Part shown: positions 63,286-64,000 of the stretch, in pieces
Layout: each line of letters begins with the position of its first letter
Position numbering within the stretch: the stretch's first letter is position 1
The notes under the pieces: generated by a model
The model's input: only the letters and a program-made list of their open reading frames with translations
What the model was told of the DNA's origin: nothing
The model's database searches: none
NCBI GenBank assembly: GCA_031441465.1
Contig: JANOEP010000008.1
Span: forward strand, 1-64,000
DNA length: 64,000 bases
Direction of reading: 5' to 3'
From: a bacterium
GTDB taxonomy: Bacteria > Krumholzibacteriota > Krumholzibacteriia > LZORAL124-64-63
Position numbers and translations under genes: made by a program

Positions 63286-64000
63286 TCAGCCCTTCACCTC
63301 CCGGACGCAGTCGATAACGGTCCCGTCCACCCACTTGACGGCGGCCACCACCTTGTCGCCGAGCGCGGGAGGGGCCGGGGGACCTCCGACGATTTCCTCG
63401 ACCTCGGCCTTGAGGTCGCGGATGTCGCGCAGGGGCAGGCTGCTGCCGCGCAGCTTCTCCAGCAGGTCCCGTCGCAGGGGGTTGATCGCGATGCCCCGCT
63501 CGGTGACCACGACGTCGATCAGCTCGCCGGGGCCGCAGAGGGTGGTGACGCGGTCGACCAGCACCGGGATGCGGTCGCGGAAGCTGGGCACGGGCAGGAT
63601 GGTGCACCTGCCGGCCAGGCAGTTCATCCAGCCGCCGATGCCGTGCAGCAGCCGGCCGTCGCTGTGGGTCACGACATTGGCGTTGAAGTCGACGTCGACC
63701 TCGGTGGCGCCCAGGACGACCGCGTCCAGCAGGCTGGCGAAGTTGCCCTTGCCGTGCCAGTTGTAGCTGGTGAAGGGGCTGGTGTTGACGTGGCCGGGGT
63801 TCTCGCGCATCGAGCGCACGCCCGCGAGGTCGAAGGTCTGGCCGTCGAGGATGTAGTCGGTGAGGCCCTCCTCGAGCATGTCGACCAGGTACTGGGTGCT
63901 GCCGCCGCGCACGAAACGCGCCTTGATCCCTCGCTCGCGCATGATGTCGCGCAGAAACAGCGCGAAGCTCAGGGCCGTGCCGCCGGCGCCGGCCTGGAAG
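63286..64000 (-). CDS. citF: Citrate lyase alpha subunit (CoA-transferase), 5'-truncated by window edge
   Basis: FQAGAGG, LGATEVDVDFNANV, VTTLCGPGELIDVVVTERGIAINP, DGTVID. Confidence 0.8.
   Translation of the reverse strand, partial: FQAGAGGTALSFALFLRDIMRERGIKARFVRGGSTQYLVDMLEEGLTDYILDGQTFDLAGVRSMRENPGHVNTSPFTSYNWHGKGNFASLLDAVVLGATEVDVDFNANVVTHSDGRLLHGIGGWMNCLAGRCTILPVPSFRDRIPVLVDRVTTLCGPGELIDVVVTERGIAINPLRRDLLEKLRGSSLPLRDIRDLKAEVEEIVGGPPAPPALGDKVVAAVKWVDGTVIDCVREVKG

Overview
GC-rich bacterial chromosomal window. A secreted LVIVD protein with a C-terminal FlgD-Ig-like domain and the overall gene content suggest an FCB-group lineage (Krumholzibacteriota/Latescibacterota-like), which is inference only. 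About 58 CDSs are supported. They include a partial hydF; a core minus-strand run rho-rpmE-DUF1385-prfA-prmC-murA-selB-ispG; a Spy/ECF sigma/ZAS anti-sigma/Spy-like envelope-stress operon; ychF, malic enzyme, ogt, glgP and rocD; MATE, NSS, MFS and FeoAB transporters; a D-Ala-D-Ala carboxypeptidase; a tricorn protease; asnS; dispersed glycosylation genes preceded by sigma54-type -24/-12 motifs; three toxin-antitoxin modules (two MazEF, one HTH-MNT/HEPN); a beta-CASP nuclease; a DEAD-box helicase; a second, N-terminally short rho; and a partial citF. I saw no rRNA, tRNA, CRISPR array, integrase or transposase. The most striking unexplained signal is a ~128-bp intergenic element present twice (38876-39003 and 61147-61273). 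Both copies have the same three-stem architecture and differ by many compensatory base changes. Start codons were adjusted by hand from the ORF track where RBS or domain boundaries indicated. All product calls come from motif recognition, not database searches.
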